64,000 nt of DNA from Candidatus Eiseniibacteriota bacterium (GCA_963792585.1 CAWBWI010000001.1:832001-896000); one strand, 5' to 3'. Positions 49,653-58,162 are shown, numbered from the stretch's first letter. Numbers and translations are program-made. The notes: generated by a model from the sequence alone, not told the origin.

Positions 49653-51941
49653 TCAACGCACAACGCTGAATGACGCGGTGCGTCTGGCAATGTTGCCGGC
49701 GCGATCCCGCACCCGCACCTCCCACTGGTGAATCCCCTCCGCGATCGGGACGGCCGGCATGGCGATCGCCGTCCGACTGACCGGCATCCAGGCGGACGGC
49801 AACCGCTTGCCGTCCAGTTCGATCTCGACCCCCGAGGGATCGAGCCCCGAGCCGTCCTCGCGGACGCTTGCGCGGAGGGAGGACAGCGGCCCCATCCGTC
49901 GGTCGCCGGGGGTCGGGTCGAGAGCATAGACCCACGGTTCCGACCTGTCCTCGAGCAGGATCCACTCCCCGAGGGCATCCGCGATCGCGACCATGGCGCT
50001 CCCCGTCCAAATCCCTCCGATGTACCGCCAAGTCCTCCCTGGTCCCGGCCGGGTGTAGATCGCGAGCCGCTTGGCCTCCTCCCCGCTCGTGGGTAGGACC
50101 GTGGGGCGGATCGAGACCCGAAACGGACCGTCGACCTCCAGATCCTCGGGGCTCAGTCGGTGGACGTCGCTGCGAACCAAGAGGATCTCGACCTGCTCGT
50201 TGCGCGCGTGCGGCAACCCGGAGATCTCCCCCGTCGGAATCCTCTCATCCTCCCGAACGGCCTTCGTCCAGACCAACCATACGGGCCCGTAGAACGTAGC
50301 AGCGGGGACCTCCACGGTCAACGCGCCGTCCGGAGAGCTCCATAGGAGGTCCGCGCCGGGCGTTGCCAGGACAACGGACCCAAGCCTCCAACGCCGCGTC
50401 GACCCATCGAGTCGCAGGTCAAGGTACGGCGTCGCGCCGGCCCGGGCGCGCCCCGGAGCCGCCACCCAGCGCCACAAGCCCTCTTCCCCTTCATCCGGCG
50501 GAATCTCAAGGAGATCGCAGGCGATCGTGCCCCCCGGGATCTGGAGCTCCGCGGTCGGCGCGGCAGCCGGCACGCACGCAATCGGCGCCCGAATGTCGAG
50601 CCACCGGGGCCGCGCGATGATCAAGGGCGAATCGATGACGGCCGTCCCGCAACCGCCCGCCGGATCCAAGGTCAACGCCGGCTCCCATGCCTCGATCCCG
50701 TCGGGCGTGCGTAGCCGCAGGCGGATGCCGATCCTGCCCGACGGAATGATCGAGGAGAGATCGCCCAGAAACCACTGCGAGCCGATGTGTCCAAGGGGAG
50801 TGCTCACGGGGAAACGTCGACCGTCTTCCGTCTGGTCGACCCAGAGACGAATCGCTTCCGGATTCCCGCCGGCGATCGGATCGATCCGGATGCCGACGTC
50901 CCAGAGGCCGGCGCCGCACGGCCGGGCCACCCATTCGTCCAAGCGGGGGGTCGGTCGGACGAGGACGCCCACGTTCACGGTGTCGGCAAGCCCGGCGGCG
51001 TCGCGGCTTACCACGCGAAGTCGGTGGAAGCCCTGTTTGATCGTGGAGCCGCAGGCAAGTCTGCCGCGGTCCCTCTCCGCTGGACGATAGAGCCGTTGGA
51101 CGAACCGATCGGGCGCGACGGGTTCAGGGGAATCCCCTCCCCAACGTCCCTCGACCACCCGCTCCCCGACGTCACCTTCGAACTGAAGGGCTCCATCGAC
51201 ATCGAGTCGCGTCTGCCACGGGGACCTCTGCTGGCCGAGAGCATCGTCGTGCGCCACCGACTCGACGCCGACCGGCCCCCAGAGGACCAGCCGGGCGGCC
51301 GGGTTTGTTCGATCGGCGATCAGATCGAGCGGGATCTCCACCGGATCGAGGCCGCCGTTGATGCGGGCGCTCGGTCCGAGCGGCAGGAATCGAAGGGCCT
51401 CGATGCGTGGTCGCGTGGAGTCGGCGAATCGGAATCCCGCGCGCAACGGATTCCTGGGCGCGCCGTCGACGCGCACCTCCAGGTGAAGCACCCGGCGGCC
51501 GTCCTCGTTTTCTCCCGTCTTGCCGATGAACTCGCCCCTGAGGACGGGAAATGTCCCGCGGGGCGGACCCCAGTCCAATTCAAAAGAGGCCGATCGCTCC
51601 TGCCGCGCGAGGCTCGACTCTTCGATCGCCGGCATGAACATCGATAGGTGGGCATAGACGATCTCGCGACCATCCGGTAGCAGCAGGTTCAGCGCGCGTC
51701 CGTATCCCGTGGTCGAGATGCGAACGCGAACGATCTCACCGTCGGCGGCAGCCGAGATCTCGAGCGATTGACCGCCCGTCGGCAGGTCGACTCCCGGATG
51801 GCCAATGCCGGGTGAGAGTTCCCCGTATGTAGCCGAGGGGGTCGCGACGCCCGAGAGGGGCGCGCGAAGCTCGATATCATCGGAGCGCGCAACGCTCCCG
51901 CTCCAACCCAGCGCGGTGCCGATGATGAGGATGCGGCCCAT
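49653..51941 (-). CDS. M23-family peptidase domain protein with long C-terminal extension
   Basis: TYGEL..GHPGVD (HxxxD), AAADG, GYGRAL, YAHL, VLHLEVR; C-terminal Ig-like VRDRAGN; start approximate. Confidence 0.75.
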   Translation of the reverse strand: MGRILIIGTALGWSGSVARSDDIELRAPLSGVATPSATYGELSPGIGHPGVDLPTGGQSLEISAAADGEIVRVRISTTGYGRALNLLLPDGREIVYAHLSMFMPAIEESSLARQERSASFELDWGPPRGTFPVLRGEFIGKTGENEDGRRVLHLEVRVDGAPRNPLRAGFRFADSTRPRIEALRFLPLGPSARINGGLDPVEIPLDLIADRTNPAARLVLWGPVGVESVAHDDALGQQRSPWQTRLDVDGALQFEGDVGERVVEGRWGGDSPEPVAPDRFVQRLYRPAERDRGRLACGSTIKQGFHRLRVVSRDAAGLADTVNVGVLVRPTPRLDEWVARPCGAGLWDVGIRIDPIAGGNPEAIRLWVDQTEDGRRFPVSTPLGHIGSQWFLGDLSSIIPSGRIGIRLRLRTPDGIEAWEPALTLDPAGGCGTAVIDSPLIIARPRWLDIRAPIACVPAAAPTAELQIPGGTIACDLLEIPPDEGEEGLWRWVAAPGRARAGATPYLDLRLDGSTRRWRLGSVVLATPGADLLWSSPDGALTVEVPAATFYGPVWLVWTKAVREDERIPTGEISGLPHARNEQVEILLVRSDVHRLSPEDLEVDGPFRVSIRPTVLPTSGEEAKRLAIYTRPGPGRTWRYIGGIWTGSAMVAIADALGEWILLEDRSEPWVYALDPTPGDRRMGPLSSLRASVREDGSGLDPSGVEIELDGKRLPSAWMPVSRTAIAMPAVPIAEGIHQWEVRVRDRAGNIARRTASFSVVR

Positions 51942-52169
51942 GCAAAAGAACGGGCACGGACGTGCAAGATGCGCTCTGCGGCGCCGAGTTCTCTCGCGTC
52001 GCAATCCCCATCGTCTGGACAGCCCCCGCATCCTTGCCTCTCCCGCCCCCTCCACACTCGTTGGGTCGTCGCGCTATCGCCTGCCGCCACGCAGGATACG
52101 CCATCCTCGGCCCCTGGGCGAGAGAGCGCAACGCGAGTGTTTTTGCCCAACGCGAAACCAGGCCCCTCG

Positions 52170-52185
52170 CGGCACGGGGATTGCA
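52170..52185 (+). promoter_or_regulatory. sigma54 (-24/-12) promoter
   Basis: CGGCACGGGGATTGCA = GG-N10-GC, matching the YTGGCACG-N4-TTGCW consensus; ~80 nt upstream of the lipoprotein ATG. Confidence 0.65.
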
Positions 52186-52263
52186 TCCATCCGACGCAGA
52201 TCGCGGCTTCCCCCCGGTGGCAGCCGGAGGGAGTCGCGCACCGAGCCGAAGGAGGACTCAGTC

Positions 52264-52809
52264 ATGTTCAATCGACATTATCGATGCGTCGCGTCCGCGT
52301 GGATGCTCTTGTTCGTGGTACTGGCCTTCGCGAGCGGCTGCAGCAGCGATGGCGACAAGACCCCGTTCGATCCGGGGCCAGGCGACCAAGCGCCTCCACT
52401 GACACCGACGGGCATTGGCCTCGCCAGTCAATCCGTCTCGAAGTTCATGCTCAACTGGGTACCCAATGTCGATCCGGATCTGGCCGGATATCGAGTCTAT
52501 CTGTACGATCCCAGCCCCAGTCGGAGCAACGCATTCGCGTGCCTCACCGGTACGGAGCTCTGGCGGAGCACCTCGTTCCCCTACGCCGGCACGGACGGGA
52601 CCACCTATTCGTTCCGGGTCACGGCCGTCGACACCAGCGGCAACGAGAGCGCGATGAGCGATCCCATGACCTTCTCCTTCTCGGTCACGGGGAACTCCGA
52701 CGCCACCGCTGCGGGTCACACGAACCAGACCGGAAGGGGCACGGCGGAAACCGGCGGCTTCCACGGATGGCTCCCGAACGACCGCACCGAGAGAGAGACG
52801 AATCGATAG
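52264..52809 (+). CDS. Lipoprotein with fibronectin type III domain
   Basis: RBS AAGGAGG, lipobox FASGC, Fn3 signature LNW.PN.DPDLAGYRVY...YSFRVTAVDTSGNES. Confidence 0.82.
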   Translation: MFNRHYRCVASAWMLLFVVLAFASGCSSDGDKTPFDPGPGDQAPPLTPTGIGLASQSVSKFMLNWVPNVDPDLAGYRVYLYDPSPSRSNAFACLTGTELWRSTSFPYAGTDGTTYSFRVTAVDTSGNESAMSDPMTFSFSVTGNSDATAAGHTNQTGRGTAETGGFHGWLPNDRTERETNR

Positions 52810-52876
52810 AGCCCTCCCGTCGCTCGAAGTATCGGACCAGGGAGGGCGTCGCACGGGGTTCAGCGGCGCCCCTCCC

Positions 52877-52905
52877 TTGACCTGCAAATCTTGGGATCCT
52901 AGAGT
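52877..52905 (+). promoter_or_regulatory. sigma70 promoter of pyrE (leaderless)
   Basis: TTGACC-N17-TAGAGT ending 6 nt before the ATG; no SD sequence. Confidence 0.65.
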
Positions 52906-52911
52906 CCCGAC

Positions 52912-53496
52912 ATGAACCCGAATGAATCGCTCTCTTCTTCCGCACATCGTGATCTCGTGGAAGCGATCCTGCAGCACTCCTTCCTGCGGGGTCGCTTCCA
53001 GCTTTCCAGCGGCGCCTGGAGTGACTACTACCTCGACCTGCGGCGCACGACGCTGGACCCGCGGGGCCTCGCTGCCGCGGCTGCGGCCCTCTGGCCCGTA
53101 GTCTCCGCGGCCGGGGTCGTCGCAGTCGGCGGCCCCACGCTCGGCGCCGACCCGATCGTGGCGGCCTTGATGCTGGAAGGAGCGCGGCAAGGTCACCCGA
53201 TCCAGGGATTCCTCGTCCGCTCCGGAGCGAAGGACCACGGCACCGGAAGACAGATCGAGGGCCACTGCCCGGCAGGAGCGCGCGTCGCGGTCCTCGATGA
53301 CGTGGTCACGAAGGGCGGATCGATCCTCCGCGCCGTCGAGGCGGTTCGGGCCGCCGGTGCGGAACCTGTGATCGCGCTCGCCCTCGTGGACCGTGAAGAA
53401 GGGGGGCGCGCGGCGCTCGAGGCCGTTGGCGTCCCCCTCTATGCTCCCTTCCGGGTGGGTGAGATTCTCGAGGAGGCGGCGCGGCGCGGCCTGTAG
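52912..53496 (+). CDS. pyrE: Orotate phosphoribosyltransferase
   Basis: FQLSSG..SDYYLD, GGPTLGADP, VRSGAKDHG, PRPP loop VLDDVVTKGGS, VDREEGG. Confidence 0.94.
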   Translation: MNPNESLSSSAHRDLVEAILQHSFLRGRFQLSSGAWSDYYLDLRRTTLDPRGLAAAAAALWPVVSAAGVVAVGGPTLGADPIVAALMLEGARQGHPIQGFLVRSGAKDHGTGRQIEGHCPAGARVAVLDDVVTKGGSILRAVEAVRAAGAEPVIALALVDREEGGRAALEAVGVPLYAPFRVGEILEEAARRGL

Positions 53497-53500
53497 GAGA

Positions 53501-53980
53501 ATGCATTTCCCCTGCCCTCACTGCGGCCACCGCATCGAACGCTTACCGGTCCCGGTATGCACCGTCGATGCAATCCTGGAACTCCGCCTGGGCTGCGTTC
53601 TCCTGGTCCGCCGGCGTTACGAGCCGCTTGGTTGGGCTCTCCCCGGCGGGATCGTGGAGGCCGGCGAGTCGTTGGAAGAGGCGTGCCGCCGGGAAATTCG
53701 CGAGGAAACGTCGATCGAGATCCTCGAACTCCAGCAGATGCACACCTACTCCGATCCGTCACGGGACGCTCGACACCCAACGGTGAGCACGGTGTTCATC
53801 GCTCGTGGATCGGGCACTCCCGTCTCGGGAGACGATGCGGCCGAGGCGGCCCTCTTTCCGATCGACCGGTTGCCCCAACCCCTCTGCTTCGATCACGCCG
53901 CTATCCTTGCTGATTACAGGCAAGGCCGTTGGGGCGTCGGACCCGGCGGCTTTCCCGCGATATCCCACAAGAAAGTCTAA
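53501..53980 (+). CDS. NUDIX hydrolase with N-terminal CPHC zinc ribbon
   Basis: WALPGGIVEAGESLEEACRREIREET Nudix box; YSDPSRDARH; GDDA; FDHA. Confidence 0.9.
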   Translation: MHFPCPHCGHRIERLPVPVCTVDAILELRLGCVLLVRRRYEPLGWALPGGIVEAGESLEEACRREIREETSIEILELQQMHTYSDPSRDARHPTVSTVFIARGSGTPVSGDDAAEAALFPIDRLPQPLCFDHAAILADYRQGRWGVGPGGFPAISHKKV

Positions 53981-53988
53981 ACATTCGC

Positions 53989-54016
53989 TAAAGGCATTCG
54001 TATCCCACGCCGAACC
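53989..54016 (+). promoter_or_regulatory. Putative sigma28 (FliA/SigD/WhiG-type) promoter
   Basis: TAAA-N16-GCCGAACC in the intergenic region upstream of the low-complexity gene. Confidence 0.55.
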
Positions 54017-54194
54017 GTCTTCGTGGGCGCCCCCGTGGAGCGGGCCCGGGAGGTCGGGAGTCCGGCGTTCGGCAGACGTTCCGCCGACCGACTCGCCGGC
54101 ACCCGCCGCGGGGGAGATTCGACCATCCGTTCGTCCAAGCGCGGCGGCGCTGTCGCGCCGGCATGAACCCGAGACCAGCAAGGAGGTCCTGTCC

Positions 54195-54887
54195 ATGAAT
54201 TCCGAGAAGATCCGTCAGCTCACCGAGACGCTTCACCAGACCGTCGAGGCGCTGAACGAGTGCTACAGTTCCGGCAACGGTCAGCAGGCCACCCACGCAA
54301 CGTGCAACACGTTCGGCTCGATGCCCAACGGCGGTTACGGTCCCAATCCGATGAGCTTCGGCTGGTCTCCGTCGCGGGTCGGTCCGTACCCGGTCTTCAA
54401 CGGCGCCTTCCCGGGCGGCACGTACCCCCAGTTCAGCGGGGCGCCGGCCCAAGGTTGGTCAGGCGGCTTCTCCAATCCGTGGTGGGGCATGAGCGGCCCG
54501 ATGCAGGCGAACGGCTACGCACCGGTGCAGACCTTCGGTGGGACGCCCGCGTACAACGTCGGGACCCACCCGTTCCATGGAATGAACACGCCGTCCAACT
54601 TCGCCGCCGGGTTCTACGGCTCCAACGTCACGAACTGCGTTCCGGGCTGGGGCATGCCGATGTTCGGCAATTCTTCACCGTTCCAGGGAGGGTTTCCGAC
54701 GGGAACATGGGGGTCGACAACGCCGGGCTCCTTTCCCGTCTACGGCGCCAACGGTTCTGGATTCCCCTTCTTCGGTTACGGACAGCCCGGCTTCGCAGAC
54801 GGACCGTGCGCGCCGCAGAACCAGCCGACCGGTTGGACTCCTAACTGTGGTCCGACCGGCGTCGTCGACATCCCGCTCGCTGCGTAG
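54195..54887 (+). CDS. Hypothetical protein: short N-terminal helix plus G/P/F/N/S/T-rich prion-like low-complexity region, 230 aa
   Basis: Perfect RBS AGGAGG (54181-54186), GC3-biased codons, downstream terminator; no recognised family. Confidence 0.85.
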   Translation: MNSEKIRQLTETLHQTVEALNECYSSGNGQQATHATCNTFGSMPNGGYGPNPMSFGWSPSRVGPYPVFNGAFPGGTYPQFSGAPAQGWSGGFSNPWWGMSGPMQANGYAPVQTFGGTPAYNVGTHPFHGMNTPSNFAAGFYGSNVTNCVPGWGMPMFGNSSPFQGGFPTGTWGSTTPGSFPVYGANGSGFPFFGYGQPGFADGPCAPQNQPTGWTPNCGPTGVVDIPLAA

Positions 54888-54912
54888 GACGAAGCAACGC
54901 CGCCACGCGTGA

Positions 54913-54943
54913 GAGAGGGGGCCAAACGGCCCCCTTTCCTCTT
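54913..54943 (+). terminator. Intrinsic terminator after the low-complexity gene
   Basis: GAGAGGGGGCC-AAAC-GGCCCCCTTTC followed by a pyrimidine tract. Confidence 0.65.
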
Positions 54944-55090
54944 CCCCTCCAGCGCAACCGAGTGCTTGCCCCATCCCGCGCCCGGTTCCTACACTCAGGC
55001 CAGCGACTTCTCCTCGAAGCGCTTCTGCCGGGCTTCGACGATGGCGTCACCGCCCCGTACCCTTGCGGGTCGTTCGCGCTTGGAGGATCC

Positions 55091-58000
55091 ATGACGACGC
55101 GAGTCCGCACGGCCGGCCTGCCGGTCATCTTGAGCCTGTTCTTCATCTCTGCAGCCGGCGCGAACGTGATTCCCGATTACACGGCAAACGACGAGGAAAC
55201 GGGGCAGGAGTTCCAGCATGATGTCGCCTGCTGCGTGCACCCCGACGGCCGTTGGACCGCCGCATGGCTCGACTATCGCACCGGGGCTCCGGCGATCTTC
55301 ATGCGGACCTTCTCGGGCGACGACGCGGGGATCGGACCGGGCCAGGTCCTGACGGACGGGTTCGGCCTCTTCGGCCTGGACCTGAACGCATCCGTCATCG
55401 GCGAACCGGCCATCATCGCCCTGGAGGGAGACCGCAGCCTGCTCATCTGGACCGAGGTGCGTGGGGAGGTCAGCCTCGTGCGCGCGGCCATCCTCGATCC
55501 CGACGGAATCGTCCACGGCCCCGTGAGCGTGAACGACACATCGAGACGCAACGGGTGTCGGCACCCCCATGTCGCCGCGACAGGAACCCATATCCTTGCA
55601 GTCTGGGAGGAGTCCGTGGGGCTCTTTGCGCGCGCGCGTGGTCGGGTGCTCGACCTCGAGCTGACGCCGATCGGGGCCGAGTTCCCCCTTCATCCCGAGG
55701 GCGAGCTTCCCCAGGTTGGACCCGTGGTCGCCGCGCACAGCGGGGGCTGGCTGGCCGCATGGGAAGAGGGCACCGCAGCGCCGCAGGTGACCGCGCGGGC
55801 TTTTGGGCTCGACGGGGCCGCGGAGGGCGGGCCCTTTGCCGTGGAAGCGCAGCCGTCCCTGGCACAGCGCGACATCGCCCTCCTCTCGACTCCGGATGGA
55901 TACTTCCTGAGCTGGACGTCGACCGAGCAGAATCTGGTTCGACTTCTCGGCCGTTCGATCGATCTGAACCTCGATCCGGTCGGGACGGTCTTCGACATCT
56001 ACCAACCCGACGCGCAGACCGTGACGCCGCGCGCCCCCGAGCTGATCCGGGGTTCGGCGAACTCGGTGGTCGTGATCTGGCCCGCGGGCGCAGCCGCGCA
56101 CACGCGCCTCTTCTCGCGGGAGGTGCAGTATCCCGACACGCCGTCGGGCGATGTTCGGATGCTGGAGGACCCCGCAGATCCGGTCGATGGCGTGCTCATC
56201 CCCCGCTCCCTTGCCGTCTGCGGCGGAAACGGGCTCCAGCGCCGGCTGGTCTGGTGGGACAATCGCGAAGGTTGGGATCTTGCCTACTCGATGCGACTCG
56301 ACGAGACGGGAGGCGCCGTCGACGGAAGCGTGATGCCCATCGAGCTGATCGACGGTACCGCGAGTCAGGTCATGCCCGCCGCCGCAATCTACCCGAACGA
56401 CAAGGGCATCGTGGTCTGGGAGGACTTTCGCACCGGCGGCCTCAGCATCTTCGGCCGGATGCTCGACCGGGACGGCGTACCCGAGGGCGCCTCCTTCAGG
56501 ATCAGCGAGATGTCCACCGGGTCGGTCAGCGTCCCGGCGACGAACCTCCGCGACCTGCTCCGCAACCGGCCCTCCGTCGCGACGACGACGGACGGTTCCG
56601 CGGCGGCGGTGTGGACGGTCTTCTTCCCTGACGGCCGGTCGAGGGTCTACTTGCAGAGCTTCGACCCATCCGGGGAGCGGCTTGGAGGCAACATCGGACT
56701 TCCGACCGTCATCCCGGACGATCCCACTCCCAACACACAGCTGGCCCCCACCATCGTCGGTCTCGCAGACGGCGGCTACATGATCGTATGGCGCGACACG
56801 TACTCCGACTCGAACGGGGACATCTTCGCGCGTCGATTCCTCGCCGACGGAACGGCCGCCAGCGACACGATCCGCATCGTCGATCCCGGTCCCTACGCCG
56901 GCGCATCGCAGGACATGCCATCCGCCGCCTCCTCCGGAGAGGGCGAGGTGGTCATCGCATGGATCGACGGCCGCTCCGGCGACGGCGACGTCTACGCCCA
57001 GCGGCTCGGCCCGACGGGTCGCAGGGTCGAGGCGAACCTGCTCGTCAGCGGACCGGAGGGATCGAGGCCCATTCCGCAGCTCAACCCCGCAGTGGCGGCC
57101 GCGCCGGGACGATACGCGATCGTCTGGGACGACGATCCGCTCGGCGTCGGCACCATCTCCGGCATGCTGACCATCCTGCCGAGTCTGAAGAACGCGTCCT
57201 CCCCCACCAGCGTCGATATCCCGTTCCACATCAGCACCGGAACCCGCGGGATGAAGTACCCGCGCGTGGCCATGAATCCCGACGGCCGCTTCGTGGTGAC
57301 CTATTGGGACACGACAGCCGACTCGGCGCGCGTCATGGCGCAACGGTTCGATCCGGACGCAGGCGTGATCGGTCCGCCGTACTCGGTGGGGGCGCTCGGC
57401 GGGCACGCGCTGACCATCCCGGGCGGCGTCGCCGCCAACGGCGACAGGATCCAGTATGCTTTCTCCGATTCGCGCGATATGCGCGGCTGGGACGCCCGCG
57501 TGCGGCGCGTCGACTGGACCTTCGACGGGTGGTTCTCGGCCGTCGCGATCGCCACGTGGGCGGTTGAGGAGACCGGCGACGCGCTGCTCCTGCGCTGGTC
57601 CGTTCCGCTCGATCGGGCCGGCGCCCTCTACACGCTCTGGCGTGAGGAGAACGAATCGGACGACGCGGGCGCCGCGCCGGGCCCCGACGCAGTCCCTCTG
57701 GGATCCGGACCGATCGGCCCGATCGCTTCCGGCGGCGCAGATTACGTCTTCCGTGACGTCACCGCGCGGTCAGGACAACGCTTCGCCTATTGGATCGAGG
57801 ATGCGTCCGGTGAGTTCGCGGGTCCTTGGAGCGGCTCTCGGGGCGCGTCCTCCGCGGACGCGGAACTCCGGGTGCTCGGCAACCCCTTCCGCTCATCGAC
57901 GCGCCTGGCCTGGTCATCGCCTCGCGGGACCCGCGTCGACGTCACGATCCACGATGCGACGGGGCGGCGCGTGCGTCTGCTTCGTCCCGTCTCCGGCTCG

Positions 58001-58150
58001 CCGTCCGGCGACCCGGGCGGACAGCGGGGTGAGTACGTCTGGGATGGACGTGACGATTCGGGACGGCCCGTCCCCGCGGGCGCGTACTGGGCGCGCCTGC
58101 GCGCAACCCCCGGAACCGATCGATCGGTCCAGATGCTGCGACTTCGCTGA
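55091..58150 (+). CDS. Secreted repeat protein (probable beta-propellers) with Ig-like and C-terminal FlgD-Ig sorting domains
   Basis: RBS GGAGG, signal peptide ending AGA, about 14 repeats of Q..P.VA...G...VVW.D.R...DI.ARR...DG; tail GNPFR...DATGRRVRLL...WDGRDDSGRPVPAGAYW. Confidence 0.8.
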   Translation: MTTRVRTAGLPVILSLFFISAAGANVIPDYTANDEETGQEFQHDVACCVHPDGRWTAAWLDYRTGAPAIFMRTFSGDDAGIGPGQVLTDGFGLFGLDLNASVIGEPAIIALEGDRSLLIWTEVRGEVSLVRAAILDPDGIVHGPVSVNDTSRRNGCRHPHVAATGTHILAVWEESVGLFARARGRVLDLELTPIGAEFPLHPEGELPQVGPVVAAHSGGWLAAWEEGTAAPQVTARAFGLDGAAEGGPFAVEAQPSLAQRDIALLSTPDGYFLSWTSTEQNLVRLLGRSIDLNLDPVGTVFDIYQPDAQTVTPRAPELIRGSANSVVVIWPAGAAAHTRLFSREVQYPDTPSGDVRMLEDPADPVDGVLIPRSLAVCGGNGLQRRLVWWDNREGWDLAYSMRLDETGGAVDGSVMPIELIDGTASQVMPAAAIYPNDKGIVVWEDFRTGGLSIFGRMLDRDGVPEGASFRISEMSTGSVSVPATNLRDLLRNRPSVATTTDGSAAAVWTVFFPDGRSRVYLQSFDPSGERLGGNIGLPTVIPDDPTPNTQLAPTIVGLADGGYMIVWRDTYSDSNGDIFARRFLADGTAASDTIRIVDPGPYAGASQDMPSAASSGEGEVVIAWIDGRSGDGDVYAQRLGPTGRRVEANLLVSGPEGSRPIPQLNPAVAAAPGRYAIVWDDDPLGVGTISGMLTILPSLKNASSPTSVDIPFHISTGTRGMKYPRVAMNPDGRFVVTYWDTTADSARVMAQRFDPDAGVIGPPYSVGALGGHALTIPGGVAANGDRIQYAFSDSRDMRGWDARVRRVDWTFDGWFSAVAIATWAVEETGDALLLRWSVPLDRAGALYTLWREENESDDAGAAPGPDAVPLGSGPIGPIASGGADYVFRDVTARSGQRFAYWIEDASGEFAGPWSGSRGASSADAELRVLGNPFRSSTRLAWSSPRGTRVDVTIHDATGRRVRLLRPVSGSPSGDPGGQRGEYVWDGRDDSGRPVPAGAYWARLRATPGTDRSVQMLRLR

Positions 58151-58162
58151 CATTCCGAGCGC

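Noticed and set aside
54195..54887. Low-complexity protein as a RiPP or bacteriocin precursor
   Set aside because: No modifying enzymes, peptidase or exporter nearby, no repeated core units and no double-Gly leader; not excluded if the enzymes act in trans
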